DNA of 60,571 bases, counting the filler, from Catajapyx aquilonaris (lineage: Eukaryota): NCBI GenBank assembly GCA_000934665.2. It is 2 parts of 2 records of this genome, joined end to end, with 100 filler letters (N's around TTAATTAATTAA, not from the genome) between each part and the next. Parts side by side here need not be neighbours in the genome. Positions count along the whole stretch, not along the records: positions 30,138 to 60,571 come from JYFJ02004697.1; 1 more part is not named here. The stretch is one strand, 5' to 3'. Position numbers and translations under genes: made by a program. Position 1 is the stretch's first letter. Every line of letters starts with the position of its first letter. Below the pieces are notes generated by a model that saw only the letters and a program-made list of their open reading frames with translations, did not search any database and was not told where the DNA came from. Positions 48,801 through 60,571 of the stretch are shown in pieces.

Positions 48801-51800
48801 CCGAAACAGATAAAGAAAACTAGTTCTCGAAGGAGCAACTTTCAAAGATTGTGTAGAGAATAAAGCTCCCGCAACAGCAGAAACAGACTGGAAGTTTTCC
48901 GCATTTCTATCCATTCACTTTGTATGTCTGCACTATTGATAACACTTATACACTTCAACTGATATTTCACCAGCTGCCTCGGCATGACAGTTGACACAGC
49001 AGAAACACTTATCCGGTTTCTGTCAAGTCATAGCCCTTTTGTATCTTGGCTTTTCACATTTGCACAAGAAAAAAAGGAGTTCAAGGTGGCTAAATTCAGG
49101 GGATCGTGGGTGCCAAGAAAATTATTCCACCCCTCGTAATGCAGTACCCGCGGGAAGGTCATGTCAATTTGCATGTTACTTCGTGTTTGGCGGACTGTGA
49201 ATGCCGCGTGGGTTACGTTATGGAACAGACGGAAGTATTGCACAGTTGCTAAATTACCGCTTTATGGACGTGTACTACCTAAAAAGTGATTAATTTTTTG
49301 AATACCCGCTAATGCGGGCGGTAATTACCCGGGGAGTGTAATGAGCAGCTCACAAGCAGCTTGCTGCTATTCTGGTTTTCAAGTAGCTACATGGCATTTA
49401 AATCTAAAAATCCCCTCGGCCTCAACATTTGTCTAGTTTTAATATAACAATTATAAACCACTGCTTATGCTAATGAAGTTGTCTCCCCTTTTTGATGGCA
49501 TAGGAAAATGAGGAATTGCAATTTTCCATGAAGTGCAGTCAACAAGTTGGGAAATTACTTCTCAGGAATTCTCTTTTTACCGATTAAACTCGATATTTTC
49601 AACGGTCCTATATGCAAAAGGCATTTTCCAGAAGGAATGTTTTAGAGACTCTCATATTCTCATCTCAATGATTAGATGTTAAAGGCATAACACTGAGATG
49701 ACCTTTAATCATCGAGTTCAGCTCAAGAAGCATTACGAGGTTTGAAAATGAACGTAGTTTTTGCAAGAATACGAGAGAGGCAGGAGAGAATGTATTTTTA
49801 AAATGTGTCTTCTTATTCTTATAGGCTTTAAATACTAAAGCAAAGTGAGAATGCCATTTTACAACTAAAATCCAATGAATGTTCAAAAAAATATTCCCGT
49901 CTGTGATAAACAAATATCATACACTAAATATCTTGTCATACAATATATTACAAAGAAGCACATCAACGTCAAACATATCTGCCCCATATAAGATCAAAGG
50001 TGAGCAAAAGAACATGCAACAAGTAATTTGCTGACATGTAGCAGCGTCGTTGCATAATGACAGATTTTGTTAAAAATTTAAACTGTTGACGAATGCCTAT
50101 TGTATCTAGCAGGTGAAAAATACTTGACTTAACACATGATCCCCACTTATTTCACACTGCATGCGTATCATTTCGGTCTCATGCGCTGCAGTCATTATCC
50201 CAAAAGTTGAAAGTAATCTAAACTCTGGGACTTCAGTATTAAAACATCAACTGACTGCACATAACTCATTACCTCTTCTGATGCACTTCGGTAGTTGGAT
50301 TTGTTTTGCAACCTCATCGTGCAACCCATCTCCAAGTTTAACAAGTAGTGGACTGAGATGTTGAGCAAATGATGTATCTTCAAAAAGTTCAGAGCACATT
50401 TTCTGCCAAAATTTTCGCCAAAATTTTGTAACGCACTTTTCCCTTTGCCTTGTCCATGCTGCAGGGTTATATATGAGAGCGGAGAATTTCATTCCTTTAC
50501 TTGGTTTTTTCAAAAATATGCGCAACAAATTTCAAGTTTCCCGGTTGTTTCCTAAATTCACAGAGTAGGCCCTACTACGCACGCCGGTATTTCAAGCTAT
50601 GGCCTGAGAAGTCGGAAGAAAAGTATGGCTGAATAAAAGAATGTGGATGATATCCCGTTCTGGATTATTAACAGAGATATACAGTATTCTGTTAACAAAC
50701 TGTGTGGAACAGAATTTCATTAGTAGAGCCTCATTATTGCAAGTAATTTTATCCTCACAAAATTGAAAAGATCCCTATTAATAGCTTTGTTTTAAAATTT
50801 ATTAAGCTTAAATATTTACCCTTTGGTTGAGCTGCTTTAGAAAAAACAAACAAACAAGCGTGTATTTCATAGGCCAGGTTATTTTCCTATGGGAAACCCC
50901 CTTTTTTATAGAAGCACGCTTGTTTTCGCCCTGCAGCTCCACGTTTATCTAAAAGTGTCGTTTTTCGGACAGGCGGCCCTTTTTTCGCGGAAACGGATCC
51001 TCATTTTTCATCCCTTCTAAGTGTCATCATTATCCTCGCCAAGCTGAGGTTATTACAATGCCAACTATACCAGATTTGGGGAACGTACTGTACCCCATCA
51101 CTAAGGCCAGGAAGGAAAATATTTTTGAAATTAGAACACAAGCAGTCTTTGTGCGATAAACTGTGGTCCTAGCTGCCACAGGGATTTGCGCGGTTCAGCT
51201 CCCCAAAAAATGGCATCCCACATTTCATAACTTGGATTAAGTTGCGATCCATCAATCACCATTTGTGAGGCTTATTGAGATACTGCGCCAGCGTTATATT
51301 TTTTACGAGGTTGGAAGAAAAAAACCTGCACAATCGAATTTCACGTCACACAGAAAATTGAGCAGAATGATGCCCCCGATTTCAAACAATAGGTTGAAGT
51401 GCTTCAAAATTACCCAGCTGAGCTGTCAGATACCCTGAGCTTGTAACAATGGAGCGTTGCGAAAGCCTCGTTACTAAAAATAAAAGAGTGAATAATGGCA
51501 TGCTTGGTAAATATGGTGCGGGAATTATCCCAGATTGTTGTTAAAATCCTCGGAAGTCGATACCAGGCAGAAAAGTGTGAAAGATGAGCCTTGCAAGCTT
51601 GTCTCATTTATGACGTATCGAGTTGCCTGCGATGTGCAGCTTGGAAGGGGAAAATATTGCTTCTACAACAGAATTAATATTGTTATTTGCATTGGTATTT
51701 CATATAGGAATACAAAAATCTGAGTCAGCGGCAGAATTACATTATTAAAAGTAAGGTGTATATTTCCAATTAAAAACTTTGAGCGTGAAATTGAAATTGT

Positions 51801-52440
51801 CACAATATTTTTCATTTACGTAAATTCCATCGGAACATGCCTGTTGAAAAATATTTGTTTGGTCCAGAGAGAGAGAGAGAGGAGTTTTAATTTTTTGTCG
51901 CGTACAACGGAAACCTGTTGAGTATAGGCTGCAGCCAAAATTCTCCACACAATGAAAATATTTGTTTTGTTTGAATATTTCCTGCTAATAATGGGTTGAG
52001 AAAGGAAACTATTCTTAAATTTAAAACCGGATTTGCGTCATCATGAAACTTCCAAGTAAACTCCGTTATTATAATTTTACAACACCTCAGGAGGTTAAGA
52101 AGCCCTCGAGCCAATTTTAATGATGCCCATCTTCAATCATTTGAAATTTTCTTTATTTTCTTCATTACCAGGATTGTACTTATACATTGTAAATTCACAA
52201 TAAATAATTAACCCTCTCCAATTTGAAATAGATGTACCGGATAATATATTGGAGTGGTTTCCTCCTTGTTTTAGCCCAGTGTTACATTGATAGCACTCTC
52301 GAAACCCATCCTAAAAAAATAGCAAGAGAAATAGGCCTACATGGTTTTAAACAAGTTGTACAGTAGTATAGGCCTACGTTAAAAACAGGGAGGGGAGTCA
52401 AATTCAATGGCCGGTGGATACCAGAGTAATACTGTACATA

Positions 52441-52705
52441 GGCAGAGGGCGACACGGTGGCCGAGTGGTTAGCGCCGCAGCCTTCCACCTCTAAGGTCCC
52501 GAGTTCGATCCCCGGGTCGGACGGAGGATACTTATGTGGATAGAGTTTCGATGGGTTCTCTCCGTGTTCGCGTGGGTTTTCTCGGGGTTCTCTCCCGTTT
52601 CCTCCCACTATCAAAATCCATCACATTACAGGCAAATGATTAAAGTCGGGTATTCAAAAGATGATCCCCCAAGGGGCCTATCACGGGGTATCCATTATTA
52701 TTATT
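52441..52705 (+). mobile_element. tRNA-derived SINE with V-domain-like core and (TTA)n tail
   Basis: A box tggccgagtgg and B box gagttcgatcc. The core ttctctccgtgttcgcgtgggttttctcggggttctctcccgtttcctcccac resembles the V-SINE domain. 12-bp TSD atactgtacata (52429-52440 and 52706-52717). Confidence 0.9.
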
Positions 52706-52739
52706 ATACTGTACATATGCATAGTCTATTATTCTATAG

Positions 52740-52957
52740 CAGTGCTTCCCAAATTGTGGGTCGCGAGGGAGGGTAACAAAATCACTGTTTTCACAAAATG
52801 ATGCTATCTTTCTTGAAAATCATGACCATAAGGGAAGGTCATTTCACTGTTTACCTGTTTTTTCATGTTGGCGGATCGAAATGTTCACATACAGGGGTTC
52901 GCAAATTTTACAAGACGAATTTTTGGGGTCGCCAACGAAAGAAATTGGGAAGCACTG
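52740..52957. mobile_element. hAT (Charlie-like) MITE, degenerate TSD
   Basis: TIR cagtgcttcccaa / ttgggaagcactg with internal ggggtcgc motifs. Confidence 0.75.
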
Positions 52958-55900
52958 TTTTAGGGTGACGCAGTATCTAGAGTAAGTCCCCATTTCAAGA
53001 GGGAGAGAAGAGGAAAAGTTATTAATTATTTACCTCAGAAAATGTTGAAGCTAAGAAACCTATTGCAAACAACAATCAGGGCCGCATTCGCTTTTCGTCA
53101 TATTTACCTCCCTTTGAACTGGTTGCTGGAGTGAACAGTCCACTACATCTTCACCCCTGGAGACTTGGATACTGCACCACCCTGCAGAATTCATTAAAAG
53201 TAAAAACTTGATTTAACATCACATACCGTATCCTTAAGGCTGCTAAAATTATTTTTCTATGCAAGAATGAAAGGTAGATGGCAGCACTGCAGTAAAGCAT
53301 GACGTCACAACCAGCGTGGTTGTCACAAATCGAAATTTCCCAATGGCTATAATTAGAAAAGGTTCAGACTAATATTAGCATTATGACCGTCTTGTTTACG
53401 CCAGCAATAGGCCAGCGTGTGTGTGTGAGGGGGGGGGGGAGAGAACGTGTGTGCGTAAGAGAGGAGAGAGACAGAAGGAGTGGGGAGGGGGGGGGCGGAG
53501 ACGGAGAGACAGAGATGGTTTCAATAACCGCAGGTACAGTTGGAACTAGACCTACTGATGGCAAGTTGACAAAGTAGAAACAAGACATAGCCCACATCAA
53601 TCCCATCTACATTCGCCTTGTGTAAATATACAAAGCATGGGGTCTACTCCCCTCAAAAGCAGCCACAGCTTGCACGAGAGAGGCAGGAATGTAGCCTGAA
53701 ATACATTTCGGGATAATTTAGAAACTCCCAGCAGTTCATTACAGTGTTTGCCTTGGATTCTTCAGGCTCAGACGTATATGGAACTCAAACTTGATACAAA
53801 CAAGATTAGAGTTGCGCCATTGCATTGTCGCAAAAACCGAATGTGTTCGTTTTCACACTAAGCACTGCCTTTTGTCAGCTGTGATGTAGTGCATACTAAT
53901 CTGGTCCGACGCCAAACTCAAACAATGAGAACTAAGGTAGTGTAGATAATATTAAACACGGTATTTTTAAAGGGCGGCTGTGGACAAAATAGCCTACTAC
54001 AGGACGGAAGGAGATTACGTGTAGAATATATAATAGACTACGTTATCATAGATAATTCATGCTGTACAGTTTTCTATGCGTTGCATAATTTCGTCATTTG
54101 TGTGACTTGCGTGATGTTACGTGGAGTTTAATGCATAAGTTCTTTATTCCTTGTTGCATGTAGGATTACTAACTTGAATTCTACAACTACTAATGGTGAT
54201 TATAACAATTGGCTGGAGAGACTACTCTAGCTTTTTATCTAACTATAGTTTAGGATGTGCCCTTTGTACACCACTTATTGCAAAAGGAAAAATGCAGTTG
54301 TACCAGGAAGTCCTTGTCACTTCACTGATAATACTGTAGGAGCAGCGTTACACTACAGGACCACTCACAGTCAGAGGGATGGTGGGATTAATGGTGGATG
54401 AATTGCTCTCTTATCAATATATGACTCAATTACGTTGACCTCTATAAGGGTTCTTAATATGTGATACTCAAGAGCATTGTAATATTTGAGTGTAATCCGC
54501 ATATCAGATGCCATCGAGAATAGCGACACTCGACATACTCATGAGGATGTACTGTATCATACAGTACTATAGCCAAGGTCTGTACTGAGCGAAAGAAATG
54601 GCAGTGATCTATCCTTGATCGCCACCCTTGTAATTCATCGCGGAAGGAAACCGGATTTCAGAATCAGATGCACTATGAATAGAAGGAAAGGGCATTCAAC
54701 TTTGCACTTGGGAAGCCTATTATTACTGCGTTTGGCACAACCTCGCCAACTTAATAATTGAGAAAGGCGGTTTTATTATCGAGAAGGTTGCTGACTGGAG
54801 TGCAGTATAGGACTCTCCCTTGTCTACTTCTTCCTCAAGCTGGTATACTGTATAATAGTTATAAAAGCAGAAGAGCCTAATCCATCTGGTCATTCACATG
54901 CTAGGTATACAGCACTTAATAGCTAAAAAGCTTTCTGCATATTATTTATTATATGGCTCAATTAGAACGATGGCAGCTTCCAAAGAAAAATATCTTCGCT
55001 AATTAACTATATAATGTTATTTAAATAATGTATCAAAACACAGCCTTTCCTTGCTTTGAACAATAATAACGTTTCTGTTTAAAATACAATCTCTTTCTGC
55101 ATGACTTATGAAAAGAATGCATATCGAGAAAAATGCGGGGAAGAATCAGACAAGGCGGTCAAATGAAAACAGTGCGTATGTTAATGTTTCTTATGAATAT
55201 TTTGATGAAGTCTAAACCGCTTCAGAGTAGTCAAGAAATGGTTGTATCACGTGGAAACAAAGGTGTGGTATATCTTCCATTATAACTATGAAGCAGTTAC
55301 AATGATTTTCTTAAATTGCTAAGTCAATGTTTTTATTCTGCGGGTGGTAATAATATTTTGCTTATTCACACAATGTTCATGCTTAATATATTTTTAAGAT
55401 GCTTTAAAAATATCGTGGAGAAAACAATCATTTTGGAGCGGCCCAAAATTCCCACCCCCTCCATTTTACACACCAAAAGCAGGAAGAAATTGATATTGTA
55501 AAAATGATGGACACGCTATTATCAAGAGTTTTGACAGGCAAAGCGTCACCGCGCTTCCTGAGCTCAGTTTGACCTGGAAAAATATATAGAAAAAAGGCTG
55601 GACTGATAATCCTGATTTGGCACAGACGAAACGAGGGGCTTGAGTTAATGGAGAGAACGGGAGTTAAGCATCATCCGACATGAAATGGGGGATCGATCGA
55701 TCGCTTTCTACTCCTCTCAAAGCCTACAAAAAATAGAGAGGAGTAGGGGTAGTGGGGGCAAGTGCAGGTTCTGCTTTCAGTAATGAACCCCCCCCCCCCC
55801 CACCACCACCACCACCACCCACAACTCAACCTCTTGGAAGACCATGTTGACAACTCATTAACGGCACTGCTCGGGCTATAGTAGTTGCCCATTATCGGAC

Positions 55901-58329
55901 CTGGTCCAACGAGGTCACATAATACTACTCTATAACCTGTCCTGGAATGGAATTTACACTACTCTTTAAAGTAGGGACTTTTTTTGCGCTTCCCTTGCGA
56001 AAAGAGGTAACCTTGAGTTAACAATTTCGGAACTTGGTGCCCTGCCAGTGGGAGACAATCTGCAGGGTGGCACTTTATGGGCAAGGTTTTTAGGGCAGAG
56101 TGTAACAAAGAGTCATTGTTGCGGGCCTGATTTTAGGTAGCAGGTGGCTTGACTTGATTCAAGCACCATTCTGCTTATATGACGGCCCTGCCTTCAAAAG
56201 AACCTATATTTTTAAAGAGCACTACTCCGTTGTTTCCTGCCAATGTCCGCCTACAAAGTAAGTCCAGAGACCAATAACCCTTTGTTTTCCGCTGTCCTTT
56301 CCAGATGCATGAAAAACAACAGGTTCGACTCCTAGGAAGAATGTGTGACAAATGTCATCTTTAGGTCATAAAAGAGCTACTAATAAATAAATAAATAAAC
56401 TACATACAATATAAAGCTGTGCAATCTATAAGAGCTTGTCATGCACCTATTTCATGGACGGATGCCAACATAAAGGTAGCACGAGTTTTCACAGTGACAG
56501 CATGGTGGAATAGTAAAAGTATAAACTACAGTACTTGAAACACTAGGACATTTTTCACACAGCACGCGGAATTCAAATCAGGAGAGTTTCCAGCAAGGCC
56601 CTGGAGGCCATGCAATTCTCAATTAGATGAAATCGGGGCCAGTTATTTTTGCATGAAGCATTTACCTGCTCCTTGCGTCAGGACTCAACAGTGTTGTAAA
56701 TGCAGAGGTACGGCTAGTAATCCCAGACTCATCCGTCCCTCCGGACTCCCTCATGATTGAATTGGGTCGCTCCCCACTTCTACCGACTCACTTTTGTCAC
56801 TTTTGACAGCGGATAATTACATTACATGTTTTATACGAATTGGAAGTAGGTTAACTAAAATTCAACGGTGCGTAATATTCAAGGGGATTGTCATTTTCAT
56901 TGTCCTTAGAGACTTATAGAAGTAGAGCTAACAAAATAATGGGGGTGATCCAAAAAAAAAACACGCGACAGTAATTTTTACAGCAGACGTACGGCTACGA
57001 ATAAAATGAAAAAAAAATCCAAGTTCATAGAAAAAGAGAATACACATAAATAGCCTATTATAAAGCACCATTCAATTTCGTGCATCTCTTTTCAAGTTAC
57101 AGTTCCGTAAGCAACACACTGTATAACCACATGTTGCGAGAGGAGGTTGTGAAGAGTTACAGGCCAAAAATATGTTTAAAGTGATAATAATCTCAACTTC
57201 CACAATATATAAAGCGAACCGAAGAGAGCGATCCTAATCTAGAACGTTCTTTAAAAACTTAGAGTTATTTGAAGAAAATTATTGATCAGGTCATTCAACC
57301 TAACCTCAGGTCATTGCTCCCGGATCAGCGGATGGAGGGTTGTCTAGAAGAAATCACGTAACCTGTCCTTTACATCAAGTTAAGATTGAACGGGAAAATA
57401 TTAGTACCCCAGCATTTTTCCACACGTATCAACTCAGAAATAGACGTGGCTTCAGAAAATTGACAATTAACAAACTCACACTCTTTGCATTCTCTTTTTG
57501 CAAATATCGATTGGTTGCTCAAGATTTAAATCTCTACAGTGTTTCACTATCACAAATTGGCAATATCTTCAGTAGCATAATTATTATCATGATTGTAAAG
57601 TATTCAGAAATGTGATATTTCAGATTACCATATTGGACAATGCGACATTACAGGGTGTTCCCAAATGTGTGCAGTTCTTCTCGGACTTAGGTTCCTTGTG
57701 ATTATGTAAGACAGAGGTGTTCCAGTTGATATATCAGATTTAGGCTTCATAAATGAGAAAATCGCATGGTATAATTAGTGTCGCCATGAACGTGAATAAT
57801 AGAGGTCATCCTATTAGGGCATTCAAACCTCAAACACCTTTGCTACAAAGGTAGTCTGATTCGTATGATATTCTCTCTCTTAGCTTCGCACAACATGGAC
57901 AAATTAACATACAACTACAGTAATGAAACAGAAGTTGGCAAAATGAACTGCAGAAATTTTGTCGTTCAAACTCGCAAGGAACCTAAACTGAGAGGAAGTT
58001 CGCTCCTTATATGCACCACTCTGTACATGACAAACTAATTACCGGTGATGATGGATCCCTCATAGTTAGAGTAATTTTTCGGTTCAATAAGTATTGTATT
58101 TTCCATTTTATTGCACTTGTGACCACACATGGCCAGCTGTGCAACCTGGCGTGCTGTGGGAATCCCGTACCTTTATGAAGGTGCTGCTGATGGAGACAGT
58201 ATAATATCGCCAATCTGGAAAAAGGATAGGCCTCTTCTCTTTGGTAAAAAGGTATACAACGATCAAGATGTATTTGTTAGTCTAACTGATTTAGAAGTTC
58301 GAAGAGGCCCAATGGGTGCTGCTCCGACT

Positions 58330-59500
58330 TCTATTGGATGAATACCAGTGATTGTAAGGATTTTGCAATCTCTGAGCATTTATGGATGAACCTTCAGTAG
58401 TACTGTAGCAGGCGAGGCCAATGAAGAATCTCACATCTCTCACTGTTTTCAGGACATGGGAGGCCGTTGAAATGACGACCTTATCAGGGTCGGGGTGTAT
58501 GCCGTCCCAAGTAACATGATTTCAATTGGTGCAAACTGGCACATCGAATGTTTTACCTTCAAGTTAGGAGATTGAAGTTAGAGGAATACATTTCCAACCC
58601 GAGTAGTTGGCCAGACAAGGGGTTAACCACTTCGGTACTCCACTGTACACCTGCAATGGTACTCCCAGGTACTCCTAGGTGCCTTACTCTTTGGTACTCC
58701 TTGGTACTCCTTGAATTTGGTACTCTAGTGTACACTTTACAGTCGAGTGGTTAACCCCTTGTGGCCGGAAAATGAGCAGGCAATACCCAGGACATCGTCC
58801 AGAAAACAAGCATGTTTCCCAAGTGAGTCCAGGGAGCACCTGCTCCATACAGTAAGTCTTTGGAATGTTGATTTGACGTCAGCTAACACGAAAGGGAGAA
58901 CGTTGAACTAGTTCACCTCCAGGAATGGAGAAGGCAGTCTTGCGTTGATCTTCCAGAGAGATTTCTACTTGCCGATATCCTGGAGTCACATTGAGAGTGG
59001 AAAAGCACTTCGATCCACACAATGCATCTAGAGAATCGTCAACAAGTGGCAAAGGAAGAGTCCAGGCGAGTCTCTCCATTGACCTTACGGTAGTTCCATA
59101 TACAGAATCTGGGGCTACCGTATGGCTTGGACACTAAACAGAGATGGCTGCTACAAGGACTGTTGCTGGGACAGCGTATCCCCTGTTCGGACATAACCTG
59201 GACTTGTTCAGCTACCCGCCCTTCATTGCGGAATGGCTGCTTGATAGGATGAGCGTCCCCAATGTCAGTCACACCAGGGCTCCTCTTTATATGCAACCAA
59301 AATCGAACTTCGTGTTACGGAAAAGATGCTGGTATTTCACCAACAGATTTTGTAACTCTTGCAATACAGGGGGAGGTAGAAAGAATCTTCTTCTATAGGA
59401 CTCCGGAGATCCACTCGTGGAGTAGATCATGTGTGGTAAGAGAAGGAAGGACATTGCCATGTGAGACTCGAAGAGTTTTTCACATACCAAGTGTGAATCA
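58330..59500 (-). pseudogene. Decayed Ty3/gypsy pol (reverse transcriptase) fragment
   Basis: Frameshifted pieces read GDAHPIKQPFR, PSNSPCSS...RFCI-NYRKVN, LPLVDDSLDALCGSKCFSTL...GYRQV...KTAF, MEQVLPGLTWETCL-FLDDV, PDPDKV and VRFFIGLACY. Confidence 0.85.
58616..58761. mobile_element. 146-bp MITE with 8-bp TSD inserted in the gypsy RT
   Basis: Perfect TIR CAAGGGGTTAACCACT, TSD tggccaga/tggccgga, and internal ggtactc repeats. Confidence 0.85.
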
Positions 59501-60113
59501 AGGTCAAGGCAGCCGAGGCTGTCGGATACGATTTCTTCGTGACTTTTTTTTCAAGCGGTCATGAAAGAAACCAAAAATCAAACTCGTGACCATCTCCCAT
59601 CCGACAAGCAGACAGACAAAAATAACGCTCTGGAGGAATGGAGTGGGAGTGTCAAAAGTGTCACCCAAGAGGGGAGATGCAAAAAAGGACTATAGAAAGA
59701 ATATCTGGCTGTACTGTACCAAACTTATCGTATAGGACACATACCAAAAATACTCATGTCTGGACCTCATATCCCATTTCTGTCACTATAGTTTTATGTG
59801 ACTGATGCGAAGGGCCGCAAAGAAACACGTGGGTACAGTACGTTGGTAGGCTACTGTACTGTACGTATACCAGACACTTTCTCAATTGCGAAAAGAGATG
59901 TGCCAAGGGAAAAGGGCTCTGGCCGACTGGCCTCAAGTGCGGGCTTCAATACAGAACACTGAAACTACTTGTTAATCCATGATGAGAGTACTACGTAAGT
60001 ATACGGCTATAGTATACAAGTATACCGGTATACAGGTGTCAAGAAAATTGGGAAGTCTGGTCGGTTACAATACCCTGTGTACGGACAGTACAGTAGCCTA
60101 CCATACATTAGAA

Positions 60114-60331
60114 CAGTGGTTTCCAACCTGGGGGTCGCGGGCAGGGTCGCGAGCCTTTGTTCAACTCTTTTTTTGCAATTTCTGTGTAAATTGAACCATT
60201 TTTGCGGCCGTACAGAGTGTATGTTTTCTGGAAATGGGGCAGTTCTAGAAGGGGGCGGGGGGGGGGGGGTCGCACATTTATGGAAACATGTTTAGGGGGT
60301 CTCAGTTGGTAATTAAGGTTGGAAACCACTG
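60114..60331. mobile_element. hAT (Charlie-like) MITE
   Basis: Perfect 16-bp TIR CAGTGGTTTCCAACCT with exact 8-bp TSD cattagaa. Confidence 0.9.
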
Positions 60332-60571
60332 CATTAGAAACATATAGTCCGGACGCTAAGAGCCGATTTTGAGGCGAACCGTTCACTTTGTGATGAAAGC
60401 ATGAAATTTGGCATAGATGTAGAATAAACCTTGCTCTTCAAATACTGATGTGGAGCCACGCGAGATTTTTCCCCGGAGGCGGGTTGGCTACCCTGAAGCG
60501 AGTGAAAAGTCTTTTTCTGAGCGAACTATGCTTCTTAGGCGGATATGTGCCAAACAAATGTTGTGGGGAAA

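Noticed and set aside
58109..58121. TATTGCACTTGT resembling miR-92
   Set aside because: Only 12 nt match and the upstream sequence does not form the precursor stem.

Overview
Animal genomic DNA, probably arthropod or another invertebrate (AT-rich, short GT-AG introns, tRNA-derived SINEs, many MITEs). The left half (1-30 kb) is gene-dense. It holds two tandem GH35 beta-galactosidase (GLB1-like) paralogs, a convergent secreted beta-lactamase/PBP-fold serine hydrolase, an intronless Pro/Ser-rich orphan ORF, cyclin L, LRRC51 and Rab18. An artificial N44-TTAATTAATTAA-N44 linker at 30038-30137 joins this to a gene-poor right half. The right half contains one apparently intact intron-containing pogo-type (DD35D, PHD-finger) DNA transposon, SINEs, many MITEs and a decayed Ty3/gypsy RT. 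The most promising leads are: a long sense-strand G-U-containing RNA structure and a candidate poison exon in cyclin L introns; the very tight cyclin L-LRRC51 junction; the orphan ORF; the YND-variant beta-lactamase-like enzyme; and three different SINEs sharing one 3' tail motif. All gene models were assembled by hand from splice sites and reading frame; no database searches were run.
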